Positions 1 to 13,109 of a stretch of DNA of 64,000 nt are shown one piece after another. This DNA comes from Phoronis australis (Eukaryota > Animalia > Phoronida). The position numbers were made by a program, and so were the translations under genes. Below the pieces are notes generated by a model. It was given only the letters and a program-made list of their open reading frames with translations, was not told the origin of the DNA and did no database searches. Each line of letters begins with the position of its first letter. The stretch's first letter is position 1. Location of the stretch: the NCBI GenBank assembly GCA_002633005.1, contig NMRA01000391.1, forward strand, positions 1-64,000, in the 5' to 3' direction.

Positions 1-193
1 CCTAACCCTAACCCTAAACCTAACCTAACCCTAACCCTAGCAATAACCGTAACATTAACTCTAAACCTAACCATAACCCTAACCCTAACCCTAAACCTAA
101 CCGTAACCCTAACCCTAAACCTAACACTAACCCTAACCCTAAACCTAACACTAACCCTGACCCTAAACCTAACCTTAACCCTAAACCTAACCT
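1..193. repeat. Degenerate telomere-like (CCCTAA)n array
   Basis: About 30 hexamer units CCCTAA with variants CCTAAA, CCGTAA, CCTTAA, CACTAA; runs off the left edge. Confidence 0.9.
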
Positions 194-383
194 TTCTCGT
201 TTAGTATGTGGTATAAATAGATTATTACATGTTCTCAGTCGTTATCCCCCTTATCTAGAGCCCTCGTGGATTTTGTAGAATTATCACCCTCGGGGCTGAC
301 GCCCCTCGGGCGATAATTCTCCAAAATCCACTCGGGCTCTAGATAACGGGGGATAACGACTTCGCCATGTAATAATCTATATA
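194..383 (-). repeat. Long-hairpin repeat (family D), truncated copy
   Basis: Imperfect ~165-bp palindrome 217-380 (atagattattacatg...catgtaataatctat); the same sequence in the opposite orientation lies at 16077 and 59413. Confidence 0.85.
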
Positions 384-1067
384 TAGCGACGTACTATTCA
401 GTTAATGTTAAGAATATAGCAATTATAATTATAAACAAGAGTTTAGACCATATTGTTGTTCAGATTGGTTTGAACTTTGCAATTTCCTCTTTAAGGTAAA
501 TGCCCAGCTTAATTTACATGGACATATCGGATCAGTGGCCTTGTTAGTTTTCGCTGGCTCCAAATACTTTTCCTCGAACTCGTATTTTTTCATCGTCGCA
601 GCTTTACAAATTCCAGAGTAGTGAACGTAAAATTCTCTGCTGAAAAGTACCGCCTGTTGTCCCTGTCGAAGCGTTTTCAGAAAGTGCAAAAAACACTCAT
701 CAATTCCACCAAGAAACGTCGTTTAGCGACTGTGTATTTGCCTCTGTGCATTTGCTTTTTTGTCGGGTGTCACGTGACTTTTGGCAAGGATGCGGAGCTT
801 GCGATTGGTCAATTGGCAAACCAAAAGCAAAGAGTGTCTCTCGGAAAGGCTATAAGGTACCCGTTTGGACAATAAGCTGCAGATTTTGTTAACGTTAGGA
901 AGTAGGCGGTAGCATTTATGGGTGCTTTTTGTGATATCACGGCTCCCTGTTTTCTATGGCAAAGATAGGTGTCAACTCCCATGGGCACAGGATACAGGAA
1001 ACTCGGTGTCGGCACCAAAGCTGTCCAGCTTACCGGCAACGACTGATAACATTGCATTTTTAGAGCA

Positions 1068-1281
1068 CATTCGCGCACCCAGGGGGGCGAAGTAAGCAAA
1101 GTCCTCGGAGAAACAAAAACACCGAAAAATAGAAAACGAGGAAAGTCCACTAAAATGCAGGAACAACCAAAATTCTGCAAATGCGTAATTCAGAACTCTG
1201 AACGTACTCCGTGAATCTTAGTAAAAGGTTCACATTCACAAGCTTTCGAACCCCCATTTTTTTAGGCTGGGTGCGCGCATG
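1068..1281. mobile_element. MITE family A copy
   Basis: TIR cattcgcgcacccag...ctgggtgcgcgcatg; internal similarity to copies at 34360, 35945, 36812. Confidence 0.8.
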
Positions 1282-2257
1282 CACCAAGTTTCCCAGTGGT
1301 ACAGTGATCCAACGATCATTTATCTCTTCCCAGCCCATCAAAATGTAGATGGGACACAGGTGAGACCAATATTTCACGGAACATGAAGGGCGGAGTACTT
1401 TATGCGCCAGAAGTTGTCTATCTAAGTTGTCAGGTGTGGCTGTGCTGCAAAATCGGAGAATGCGGTTGAATGGACGCCAGCTGTCTTCTACACTGTGCTA
1501 GAAGTCGCACTGAGGCTGATTTGTTCAATGAAAAAAAAATGCAAGGGGTTCTGCTGTAGACGATAGAGAAGACGAGGTCGACCTGAATTCGAACGATGAG
1601 TAAGATAGTAATGAGGTTTATTTTACTTTCTTGTTTGAGTTGGACTATCATCGTTTCATCTCTGTATACATTTGGTTGTAAAGTAAATGCTTCCCTGAGC
1701 CATACAACTACAAACACTTGAGGCCCAGTCAAACACACTTTTTGAAACTGCGTCAACTTTGCGATCAAGCTATTTGAATTTTGAACGTCTATACTTCCAA
1801 TTGGCAAAATGGTTTGGCATTGAACAAGTAAGAATTCATGTCACTACATGGAACTCTTTCATACTTCACTTGGATTGAAAGTCATGATGAAATTTAGGTT
1901 GAAATCACACGCGGCAGTCATCTCGTAAGCCACACCTGATTTTGTGAACGACAAACAAGCGGTCTCATTAGAATCAGCACGTTCTATATGAACAATTAAA
2001 GTAAAATTACTGTAAGGAGGTACTGCAAGGTTCAGGATTCTGGCACCAGACAACAAATAGTTAATAGCGCACAATGTGTTTTACTTTCATGTATTTCATT
2101 TAATATAGAATCGATGCTGTAAAATTATCAGTGTATTTTCAAGGAATTCAAGTCTGTGTTCCTGTGTACTAAACAATGATACCAATTATTGCAGAAAGGT
2201 TTATTGATGAAATCGAGGCAAGAAAAGCGCAATGTTCTGCTCACCACTAACTGTATT

Positions 2258-2263
2258 TTTATT
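2258..2263 (-). promoter_or_regulatory. Candidate polyadenylation signal of the minus-strand gene
   Basis: AATAAA on minus strand ~55 nt after the TAA stop at 2319-2321. Confidence 0.45.
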
Positions 2264-2318
2264 AACATATACATAGCTGTTATTATACACCCGTGCAATC
2301 TGGTAATCATGTAATCAC

Positions 2319-2591
2319 TTAATTTTTCATAAGCCAAGCGTGCTCGAAGTTATGTATCAGCTGCATTCTCATATTTCTTGCAGCAGATTCTTCAATGCTA
2401 CGTTTGACTCTGTTCCTGGCGATGTCCTTAACAGAATAAGGCGTAATGGCCGCACGACTTCGCGAAGGACAAGCACCACTGGCCCAAAATTCTGACTTTC
2501 GGTTCAGTGCGTCTTGAAGTTTTCCCTTGTTGGCAGTAGAGGCCACATTGAACTGCACGTGATCTACGTTTTGGTTGTACAAGAACAGGAT
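2319..2591 (-). CDS. Exon 21 (terminal): ILFLYNQNVDHVQF...RVKRSIEES...HAWLMKN*
   Basis: Acceptor cttttccag, phase 0, open to TAA; contains RVKR. Confidence 0.85.
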   Translation of the reverse strand: MLFLYNQNVDHVQFNVASTANKGKLQDALNRKSEFWASGACPSRSRAAITPYSVKDIARNRVKRSIEESAARNMRMQLIHNFEHAWLMKN

Positions 2592-5500
2592 CTGGAAAAG
2601 AAAGCAATAAGCGGCATTAAAGCCACAGTTTCTTCCAAAACTAATTTTAGATTTAGACCATTTACCGTTACAAACTTCGTCGTGGTCAGCTTTTTCCTTC
2701 ATTACTCACTTTAAAAGTGATCTCTGGGGCACTTTTCATGAAAAGTGATGAAAAACTTGTCTAAGTTAAAATCGCTAGTCGGGCAAGGAAAAGTTTCATG
2801 AAACGGGGCTAGAGAAGAACTAAAATATTGCGTGCTTGTTGAAGATTTATATCAAGTAAAATTCGATCATGTTAATGTTACCGTGGTTTTGTTATCCATT
2901 TGCGTTTCTTTTTGCTAAACGTTACTAAAAAGACGTGGTCACGTGACCCAATTACTAACACATTGGTAAAGTCAAAAATTAAATTGCACAAGCTTTCTAC
3001 TTTCAAGTATCAATGATAAGACCAAACTTTGCTTGATGTAAACGTTCAAAAACCCAGTTACAGTTTGCTAACCTATTGTTTAGTTTTCGTTTGAAGCAAT
3101 TTTTGAGTTTTTTTCATGAAAATCATAAAAGGCCAATTTGTGCTGGCTTCAAACGCGGAACATTCCAAAAGCAATTCCAAACAGTTTTAGAGAACAGTAC
3201 ATTAAGCAAAGTATTTCAAAGTTTGATATGAATCCGATCAGCTACTTCTGAGATACAATGTTCCAAATTTGGCCACATTTGAACATTTTTCTTCGGCCCT
3301 GATAACCTTAACGGTCCACCGTGTTGCGCAAACATCATTCGGAATACTTTAATTAGATTAGCATTGGAGTTTACGGTTTTAGCAACTATTGAGCTCAAAG
3401 AGGCTATGCATTGTTTTCACGAAATCGAGACTCATCACCCACGGTCCGTCCTGTTCCGTAAAAGTGTCGGTTTCTATTTCGCACGGATGAGAATACACAA
3501 CACTCGACTTTAATTTGTTACAGTCTCCGTGAAAGTCATTTGGCCGCGTGCTCAGGCCAGATACACTTATGTTGTTTCCGTTTTATCCTTGTTTTTCCAA
3601 AACAACTTCAAGGGTGAAGCTACACCCACATTTGTTGCAATAAATTTATATCGCGCTGGTGTGATAAATAATCATCGGTCTGATCTCATCATTCGTGGAA
3701 ATTTGGCTTTTGAACATTTACCATTGCTCAGTGACTAGAAATCATACAACTGATCACTAGTTGTGTATGTTGGGAGCAAATGTTCTTATGCAAGTGTAAA
3801 TGAACAAAACAATAGGGTCTGCCGATTCTTTAACTCCCTCGTAGTCCTCTCAAAACGTGCAAGCCAGCAAACGCTCTTGCATTGGCACCCAATGCAATCA
3901 CTGCCCAATATTCATTGCAAAAAAAGGAATTGCTGTGTTCGATCGAAGATCTAGGAATAAATGTTGATTATGTGTCTATGCGTATAAGGAATAAAAGCAA
4001 AGGGTTCCACTCCAAAACATGAAGCAAAAGAAATACTTTCAAAGTAGGCACTGTCATGAGACTTAAAATACATGCCGCGCGTTTGAAAACATTGTTTGAG
4101 GGTCATCCTCTGCGCGTAAGCGACGTTCCTAATAAGGCCTACACACCATAACTTCACGGTGCCATTAATTAAACTTATACATAAGCATCTTCTTTTGCGT
4201 GTGTATATATATATATATATACTTACTTTGATAATGTTAGTCAGTGCAGACACGTCAGTGTTATCTTCAATGTACACGTTGACGGTTCCCTTGGCATTCA
4301 TGGCCAACATTTGTTCTGCGATGTCGTTAACAGGACTCGGGTTCTCTCGACTACTATACAATTTCTCTTCGATACTTTCTGTCGGGACTGGTTTGAATTT
4401 GGCATTCAGGGCATTTCCTGAATAGAATGTTGATGTGTGATTAGGTAACGTTAGGTCATGACGGTGAATGAATAGAACAGCTAAATGTTCACACAGTAAA
4501 AATGAGAAGAATGATAAATTAAGTTAAATAAAAATCAATGATCTTGCATTTTGGACGACAAGTTTTTCAACTATCCGGAGGCGTATTCAGACCTAGGATT
4601 ATTGCAGTTTGGGGTGGAAGATGACGGTTAACTTGATCGCCACCGATGTCGCGCCACTGCAGCCCAGACGTCACCGTCGTTATCGGGGTCCCCGCGCCCG
4701 GGCCGGACCTCACCTCCCCACTCCCACACCCCACCCCACACGTAACCATGCTACTGCTCTTGCATTCCATGTAAGAGCGTATATCTATTTTTACGTTTAA
4801 CTGAACCTTTGAGGCTTTGGAAAGTCGCGATTGAAAGTTTCTGTTACACCACATAACGTCATAACAAATGACTTTCAAGGTCTTTTACGATCCTTAAAGA
4901 CACTAAATCCAAACTTCCTGAGCAAGAATTGATAATCACAATAGTTTTATAATATGTAACATAGACGTTTAAAGTGGCAGTTGGCTTTGTACAGTTTTAC
5001 TTGCTGCCTAAACATGAAAATAGAGTGGAAAGTTGTTTGCAACTGAACTAGTCTCAACCGTTTCCTTGTCATAGTAGCAGCTGTCTTGGTTAGGCCTACG
5101 ACCAGCAAAACGAAATAAGAGCTAGGCTATTGTGAAGTGGCCATTTTTAGAAGCCGTGTTTCTGCTCGAAGTCGTGTATGAATGCATTAATGTGACCTTT
5201 CCACCTATTAGTAAAAACATCATGCAATTCGCGAATATTCGACGAAAACTTGCGTGATTTCGCCGAACTCCCAAAACACTACCCTTAAGGAACGCAACCC
5301 AATATTGCGTCAAGCAACTTCCAATTGTTTGTTGAGGGATACAAAACCGAAAACGTGATGACGTGATGTGGTAACTAGTGTTTGTCGAGCGATTGGCTCA
5401 AGTAATTAGATCGTGTTCATCACACATGCCTTTGACAAAGATACGTGTTTCATCGTTTGCAAATCGTACCGACAATGGAGTAGATCTGTGTATTCTCCAG

Positions 5501-8500
5501 ACACGTAGCTCCCTTCTCGCAAGCCATTGAGTGAAGAGCCGAGTTGGTTCGGTCGCTGTTGTAGAAACGTACATTGGTCGGGTTTTTAAAAGGAACGTTT
5601 GCCTTCTCCACGTAGTTTTTCAGAAAGTTGATGCACGAGGTCACTTTGTTGCTCCAAGTTTGTCCTTCAAAATTCAGAAAATATAATCTCATAATTGATA
5701 GTTTGTAGAAAGACAACCTGCTAATAAACATCAGGCAAGTATGACCTCAATAGTTGATTAGTTACTCAGTTCCTTGTTTGACGACGCATACCGCGTTCAT
5801 TGTGACATTTTAGGAGTGCAAGCAGGACGTACAATCAGAAGACAGACCAGCAGCTTAAAATTAGCGCGCACCACTGCGGACGACCGACCCTCATGACAAG
5901 ACGCCAACTCCACAGTCGATGTTGATGATGAGACGGCTAAGATCAGGCCAGGAACGTCCGCGCGTGTCTTTCGTGAATTAACTGGCCACCTAACCACGTC
6001 CGTCGACACGACGGCTCTGTCTGAATGTTGGGCTGCAGAAAACGGCCCCAACACATCCGGTGTTATCAGAATCGTTATCAATATCAACCCGTATTTGAAA
6101 GAGAGAAAAGCTAGGCGAATTTAGTATCTTAAAGAAATGGACTACGCTCCATCTTCTTATATAGTTATTCTTCCCCAACGTGACGGGTGTTGCTCAATAT
6201 ACTGCACAACAAAAGTGACGAAATGATAGAGAGTAAACAATTTCGGTACTTATAAATACAATCAGTTGTTTTGTGTTACTAATGTGGCAACTATTCATTG
6301 ATGGCGTAATACAAGAGTGAGCAATTGGTCTCAGACACAGTGCCAATTTTCCTTATCATAAAAATATGAACCACTGGATATCGAATGCAACACTTGAGAA
6401 TGTAGTGAAAGATAAGAGAACGCCCAAAACAATAAAAATCGTTAACAGGAATTCATGGTTACGACAATGGCTTCCTATAAGCCGTTTTACAAATAAGTAG
6501 TAGAACGTTTATGAGCAAACAGCCAATCACGTGTGACTCCTGTGGGCTAACCAAAGTGTATTCCGTGGATGCAAGAAACTCAACAGCAAACCCAATGTGA
6601 TCACATGACCACGGACGCTCATGAGAGGGAAATCTGTACATATCTCAAAATCGCTCCTGGCTCAGGATATGCATACAATGCGCCATAAACAAAACATTTC
6701 TCAATTTGAAGTAACGTATTTGTAAAATATATGAACGTGACAATTTAAGAAGTTATTAAGGTTCTTTGTTGTTTTATTTCTCTGGGTTCTTTTGGTTATA
6801 TAAATAACACATCTTCGGAATGAAGGTAAACTTGGCACTATAAGAAAAACAATTGTGGGTGGATTTGTGTTCGTTTAAAGGCAGTCGTTATTAAATGATT
6901 TTTCTGCTAGCAAGGAATCTGGCAATACCCTCTAACGCTAAGTGGTTGAATTATGTTATTTACCGGTAGGGATCGGAAGAAGGCTAGATCTTATCAATAT
7001 TGCAGTTTGCACGTCATGGTGCGAGGTTTAGCCGCATTTAAGAAGTCACGCATGGTCCCGAATTGACCTTTCGCCAGGATTTTGAGTGACGATTCAACTG
7101 ACCAATCAGACGCAGCATTCTGGACACACCTTCTTTTCCAAGCTGGCATTTTACCCGACAAAGACCGCGCTGTCGGGTAAAACGTATTGTTTGTTTGTCG
7201 ACTTTTCGTAAGGGGGCGGAGCTTGCGATAGCTCAATTGCCGACAACGACTCAGTGGTTGGCCTTTTATGATTGAGGATTCGTTAATAATGTCGAAACAC
7301 TGCCGAACCTAGCATCACTTAGGGTAATCTCAACTTATACAGTATGAAACTGGACTGTAGCTTCCTCACGATTTCACTTCTGATAAGACGCCTTGTGAAC
7401 GTTGAATAAAACTGGTCGCTTCTCACCTATTCCGAGTCCGCAACCACAGTGGTCGACAAAGCACTTCTTAATGTCATTCGTCGGAATCATTCTTTTGTTC
7501 AGAAGAGTCTTTAACTTCGTTTCCAGTTCTTGTTCCACTTCCTGTCGATTTGTCAGGGTATTTGGACAGAACTTAACGTTTTCGTCTGAACATTTGTTGT
7601 CGTTGTCTGTCTTTAATGTAATGTAATGTAGATTTTCGCCAAACGGTGGAAGTTGGCAGGCCCTATTGGCATTCACAGGATTAATAATAGGACCTCCTGA
7701 AATTAAAGTAAAAATCAGTAAGAACACTTACTGGAAGACATTAGGTATCACGTATGTAGAGTGTGGGCCTTTGATGAGCAATACTTATAAAAACTTGAAA
7801 CACAACGAAATAAATATTGAGTAGCAAATCAAACTTGTAATGCAAGTGTCGACAGAAAAACTGATAAATTGTGAACAGTGTCTGATAACTGAAAGGAAGA
7901 GAAGTGGAAAACTACAAAGATCACCTCCGTTGATCTGATTAGCGAAAGACTCCAAGTCCTTGTACCATCCAGAATTTCCCACTTCCCAGATTTTCATCCG
8001 TTTGCTGTCACTTTCCTTTGTGCGGATGTCAAAATAAAGCTTGTCCGTGTGAGCTCCGATGCCAATGAACATTTGTTTGCTGCTCAGGATTGATGTGCAC
8101 ACTTGGGTAAGTTTTTTAGAGAGTTCTAACAACGTGTTCTTGGAGCCAGACTGTATCTTTAGTTCAACAGCTTGGCCTGTTTGAAACCTGTACCTTTCTT
8201 CAGTGTGGCGTGCGTCAAAGGCTATCCTGTTCTTAGACCTAGGTCGGTAAGCAGATTTCTGAATTACTTGGAGATTAGGAAATATGTCCTTAGTTTCCTG
8301 TAAGCATTCAACTAGGCGTTCATCCAGACGGAAAAATCTGAGGCCCGGATACATAAAGGTCGCTATGGTGAAAGAATCAGACAAAGGTTGCCCAGAGTTG
8401 GAGCCGTCAAGAAGCTTCGTCTTTCTTGATTCGCTCTTCATTTCTTCAGGATATTCATACTCGGACTGAAGGTCAGCAGGAACGCTTACAACAAGAAGGT

Positions 8501-11500
8501 TTGCGCCTTTCTGGAATGAAACTATTTCGCCGAGTGTTCCTGCTTGAGCCTGGACACACACTTCAAGTCTTGTTGCCGTGGCGAGTTTTACGTGGTCAAA
8601 TCCAGCACACTGCGCCAAATGGGACAGGATTGCAACATCAGCAGCACTTCCACCGTCAAGTTCAAGTTGTGCTGCTCTGTGAACAAAAGCAAGAGGTTGA
8701 TTTTAAGGTTTGTTTTTACGGCGGTACTGGAAACATATGTTAATACGTTAAAGTTAGCAATGACTATTGAGCTTGCAATAACTCACGTCGCCTTACTGTC
8801 TGTTTTCTGCATCGTTTCTGATACCGAGGCGGTACGAGCATTGCCCAGTCACTTACAGAATATCTTCTGCATCGCGAAGAGAGTAATGTTGGGTTATATA
8901 GAACCGGTAATGGCTAAGTGTCGCCAAAACTTGAAACAAAAATCAGTCGTGCGCAGCTGTAAATGCCCGACACCAGGACTTTGGCGACCTGTTTGATAAC
9001 CATATTAGACGATTATCGTCTTGATGTGTGTACAGTAGACACAGTCACCGCAACCGACCGCCTTCAGTATGAGTAACATTACTGTTGTATTGCCTCTACT
9101 CATCATAAAGGCACAGCAAAAAAGTACAAACAAATGTACCTGCTGTTTTTGCTCAAAATTTCCATGAAATGGACATGGCTACATGTAATAATGGATGTGT
9201 TAAGTGGGAAATTACTATCAATTTTATTTCAAGGAACTTTGTCCTGCGGTGACAGAATTGGTATTAAGGCACCCCTCTAGTATACGAAGGACGTCACAAA
9301 ATCAATAGTTCACCATTCCAGAAAGAAGTCCCGTTTCACTACCACTTACAGTCTAAGCAGAGAAATTGCCCAGTGATTTCTCACAAATGTGCGACCGAGT
9401 TCCTTTTCCGGGATAACAAATGTAATTCGTTTCAGTCCCTAACATGAATTAAAGGGCTACCTGATGTGGCCCCATTTGGTTGGGACGTTACCACCAACCA
9501 CGTCAAATTAAAACTGCATGGTGACTTTTTGAGACTATTTGTTGGATGATGTATAGTACGTTATGTTGAGGGATGGAGATGTGGAATTGAGAAGTTTATG
9601 CCTTTCTACGTACTGAGAAAAAGGAAATGGCCCATTAAGAGTACTGTTTAAGATCATGTTATGTGGATCAGACAACTACACGACGGATTTTCCAAGTACT
9701 TCAGACCACTAAACTTTTTGCCAATGTGATCTACTGAAAGACTTTCTAAACAGACTAAGCCAAGTTTTTGAAACTGCGAGGGTGCACTGTTTTACTAGTG
9801 ACTCCCTTATGATTGATGTTTTTTAAAACAAATTTTTTAACAAAAATTCTAAGATTTGCATCAGCAATTGCCTGATGTTTCTCCACAACACCTAATATGT
9901 ACACGTATAAGTATCATTCAATTCCTGAATTACATCAGGACCTCTATACTCAAAGAAATTTATGGACGTAGAGCACAAAGAGTGGTTTTAAAGCAAACAG
10001 CGTAAGTTTTCTCATTCTTACCACCTATTGTGCAAAGTCCTAAAGCCATGTCCGTACTGTTCTGACAAAGTGCCGTAAAAATAGTTATGAAAATAAGGTA
10101 GCATCATTCTACTTTGGATTTCGACACAATACTCTGCAATCAACTGGAAACCTACAAGCTTTCATTGTAATAGCGAAAGTACTTGAATCTCTAATCATGT
10201 AATAGGCCAAAGAAAACATTTTTTTCTGGTCCAACTCACTTTTGAGACCTGCGCTCTCCCACTAAATCAAACATCGCCGGCCCGTATCAACTTAACCCAG
10301 GTCTGGTGGTGTTTTTTTTTTGAAAAGCTGTACAAAGGTACGTAAGCACGATTAGAAACGTCATGATTTGTCATGAAATGATTGAAAAACAAATCCCGCA
10401 TCATTTTGTTGTCTCTGGTGTATTTCCACGTTTGAAAAAGTGAGCAACTAAAATGTACCACGTCAATGACCTGATTTCCAAAAAACACAGACCAAGGACC
10501 GGGGTATAATCATTGTGCGAGAAACTTGGAAATATGTTTCACATTTTCTGTCATACATGTCAGTAAAACTCAAGCTAAATGTATAATATTCTGTTCTCGA
10601 GTATAAATTATTGTTTATGCATATGAGTTGCTAGTCCAAGTTTGCATTTGACCCCTAGGTTCGAGTTAGAAACTCATATAAAAACTTTAAAGTTTTGAGA
10701 TTTCGAGTAAAAACTCGAAATTTCGATCCCAGACTTGAACTTCAGCCCTAATGCTAGGGTTATCGAGTGCAAACTGAGATTAGACAGTTATTAAAGCCAC
10801 CCATTTTGTACTCGGGCATAGAATAATAAACATTTATTTCGAGTTCACACAACAGCAGTTGAATAGAAACTGCCAAAAATGATATCGAGTTCGATTAGGC
10901 TCCAGTCCCTGAGCCTATGCCTTAGCTGTCGAACACACAGTTTGTCAAAATAATCGAGAGCCGGTTATTCCGTGTGAAAAGGTAAAGAAGAGAATTACCT
11001 GCCCTCGTAATGCAAAGAAGAAGTCCCGTGCTTTCCCTTGGGGTATTTTGAAGTTGGTTCATCCCATGCTTCAATTACTTTCAATTTCTTCGGCGTAGCT
11101 GTAATATAAACACCATGCGCAATGGTTTCGGTAAAGCATCGGACGAGGGTATAATTTTAAACAGGAAAGCTGATAATACGTTAAGTGTATAAGTTCATTC
11201 ATTTTTGGAGAGTCAATCGCATCCATCCATTTGGATGGTTTACCTACATTGTGAACACTACTGTTCATTGTTCAACGTTCGAACTATGAAGATTAGTTTG
11301 GTGCGTTCTCAAAATGACGAAATGGATGTTGTTGTGCTAACTGCACATTGATGTGAAATTTAAGACAGTTTGATGACTTGTTCGTTTGCACTGTTGCACA
11401 GAAGCATCAATTAGGCACTTTCACTTTTGCACAGCTGTCAATCATCACTGAATTGTACTTACATTTAAAAGGATACTAAACCGTGTTATGATGATTTCAA

Positions 11501-13077
11501 CCAATCCTCGACGTTTCACCTGCTAATGCATCATTGACTACAATCGTGAAAGATAAAAGCAGGAGCCAAGTAAAAACGTATACCACCTAACAAATTGGGA
11601 ATTATGGTCATGGTAGTTGGTCTTTCCCAACAGTTGTGTAGTTCGCTGGAAACATAGGTCACGCTTGACAAGAGTTTTCAAATTTTTCTCCAAACTTATG
11701 AGGATTGTCGAGGGTTAAAGAGCATTATGTTGTTGCAAAGAACTGGACAGAAAAGTCGTTTTTAGTATCTTCTGTTCATCGGCCAAAACCGGGTTTGGCA
11801 TCCTCTCAAGTATGCCTACCGGAGTTTTCAAACTGTTGCGCTGTAAGATACGCCAATCTTCTAAGACGGAAAAGCAAACGTGTCGTCATAATTCTGTCTT
11901 GGCAAGTTTTCGCTTGATCTTTTTCAGAGCAACTTGCGCATTTCTGATTTGCATTTCCGCACCAAGTATTTTCATTCTGTTCTTCGTTACTAAATATCAT
12001 GTCGTCCATTGCGTAACGTGTAAGCTCTCTGAAAATGAATTTAAAGAAAATTAAAACACTTAGAGGACTAACTTGATAAATTTTGTATCTTCTTCCCTGA
12101 ATTTGAAGCACATCCTAACTTTATGGATTTTTTGGTCACAGATTTTTAAACAAAAGCCCGATTGTGAAAGACCGCCATTTCTCGACTTAGTTTCTATACT
12201 TAACCCAATTTCAACAACATTACTTATACAGTAACACCAAATACCTTTCCATTTACGTACCTATAATAGTCGCAACAAACCTCTCGGATGCCATACATTG
12301 GTTGTCGTGACCTACCTCATCTTGAGGCAATTCATCAATCAAACTTTTTCAAAAATATTTTGCTACAATCAATGGAACGTATACCTGACAAGTAAATTGC
12401 GGTGTTTACTATGCATAAATAATATTGGTGGTGGCTATAGATATTTGCAGCCTAAGAAACAGCAGCTCCACGTTCTAAATCTAAAAGTATATGATTTTTT
12501 TTCTTTTATTGACATAAAAAGCAGGTTATAATTTGATTGATGAATTTGTACTAGTCTATGTAACACAAACAAAATAATTTTAATCGGTACACGCAATGTA
12601 CTACACGTAAGTGGTACAAGCTTCCTGCAACCAACTCGAAAACCGTCGGATACGGAAAACAAGGTTCGTGTGCATGCGAACAAGAGGGCAGCTATCCTCG
12701 AGTTGTGACAATAAAAACGACAGAATGAATATATATCTATCTACATCAGTTCTATATCTGTATAGATATAGATATGGACACATGTCAAATGAGGTCGTAT
12801 ATGGAGGTCGCAAGCTATTCTTTAACTTGCGATATTCATGCGACGGGCGTAAACGCATCGCATGCTTATCGCTTATGGGACGGTACCATTATTGTTTTCC
12901 TTTGTTGCGTCGTCGTTGAAATTTACAATATAAAAGTAGGTCGTGCGGATATCGTGCCTTGGGCGCACATCATCCGGTAACTGGTTGCCATTATCTTTAT
13001 CGTTAGAAAGAAAAACAAAGTGAACAATGGATACGCCTATCTACCGCTATACGTAGGTGTGCGTGCGTGTGTGTGTG

Positions 13078-13109
<32 letters not shown>

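Noticed and set aside
8544-8996. 150-aa plus-strand ORF and a possible extra minus exon at 8787-8988
   Set aside because: Antisense to exon 17; the candidate exon has stops in all frames and 10999->8676 already joins EG^R-AAQ
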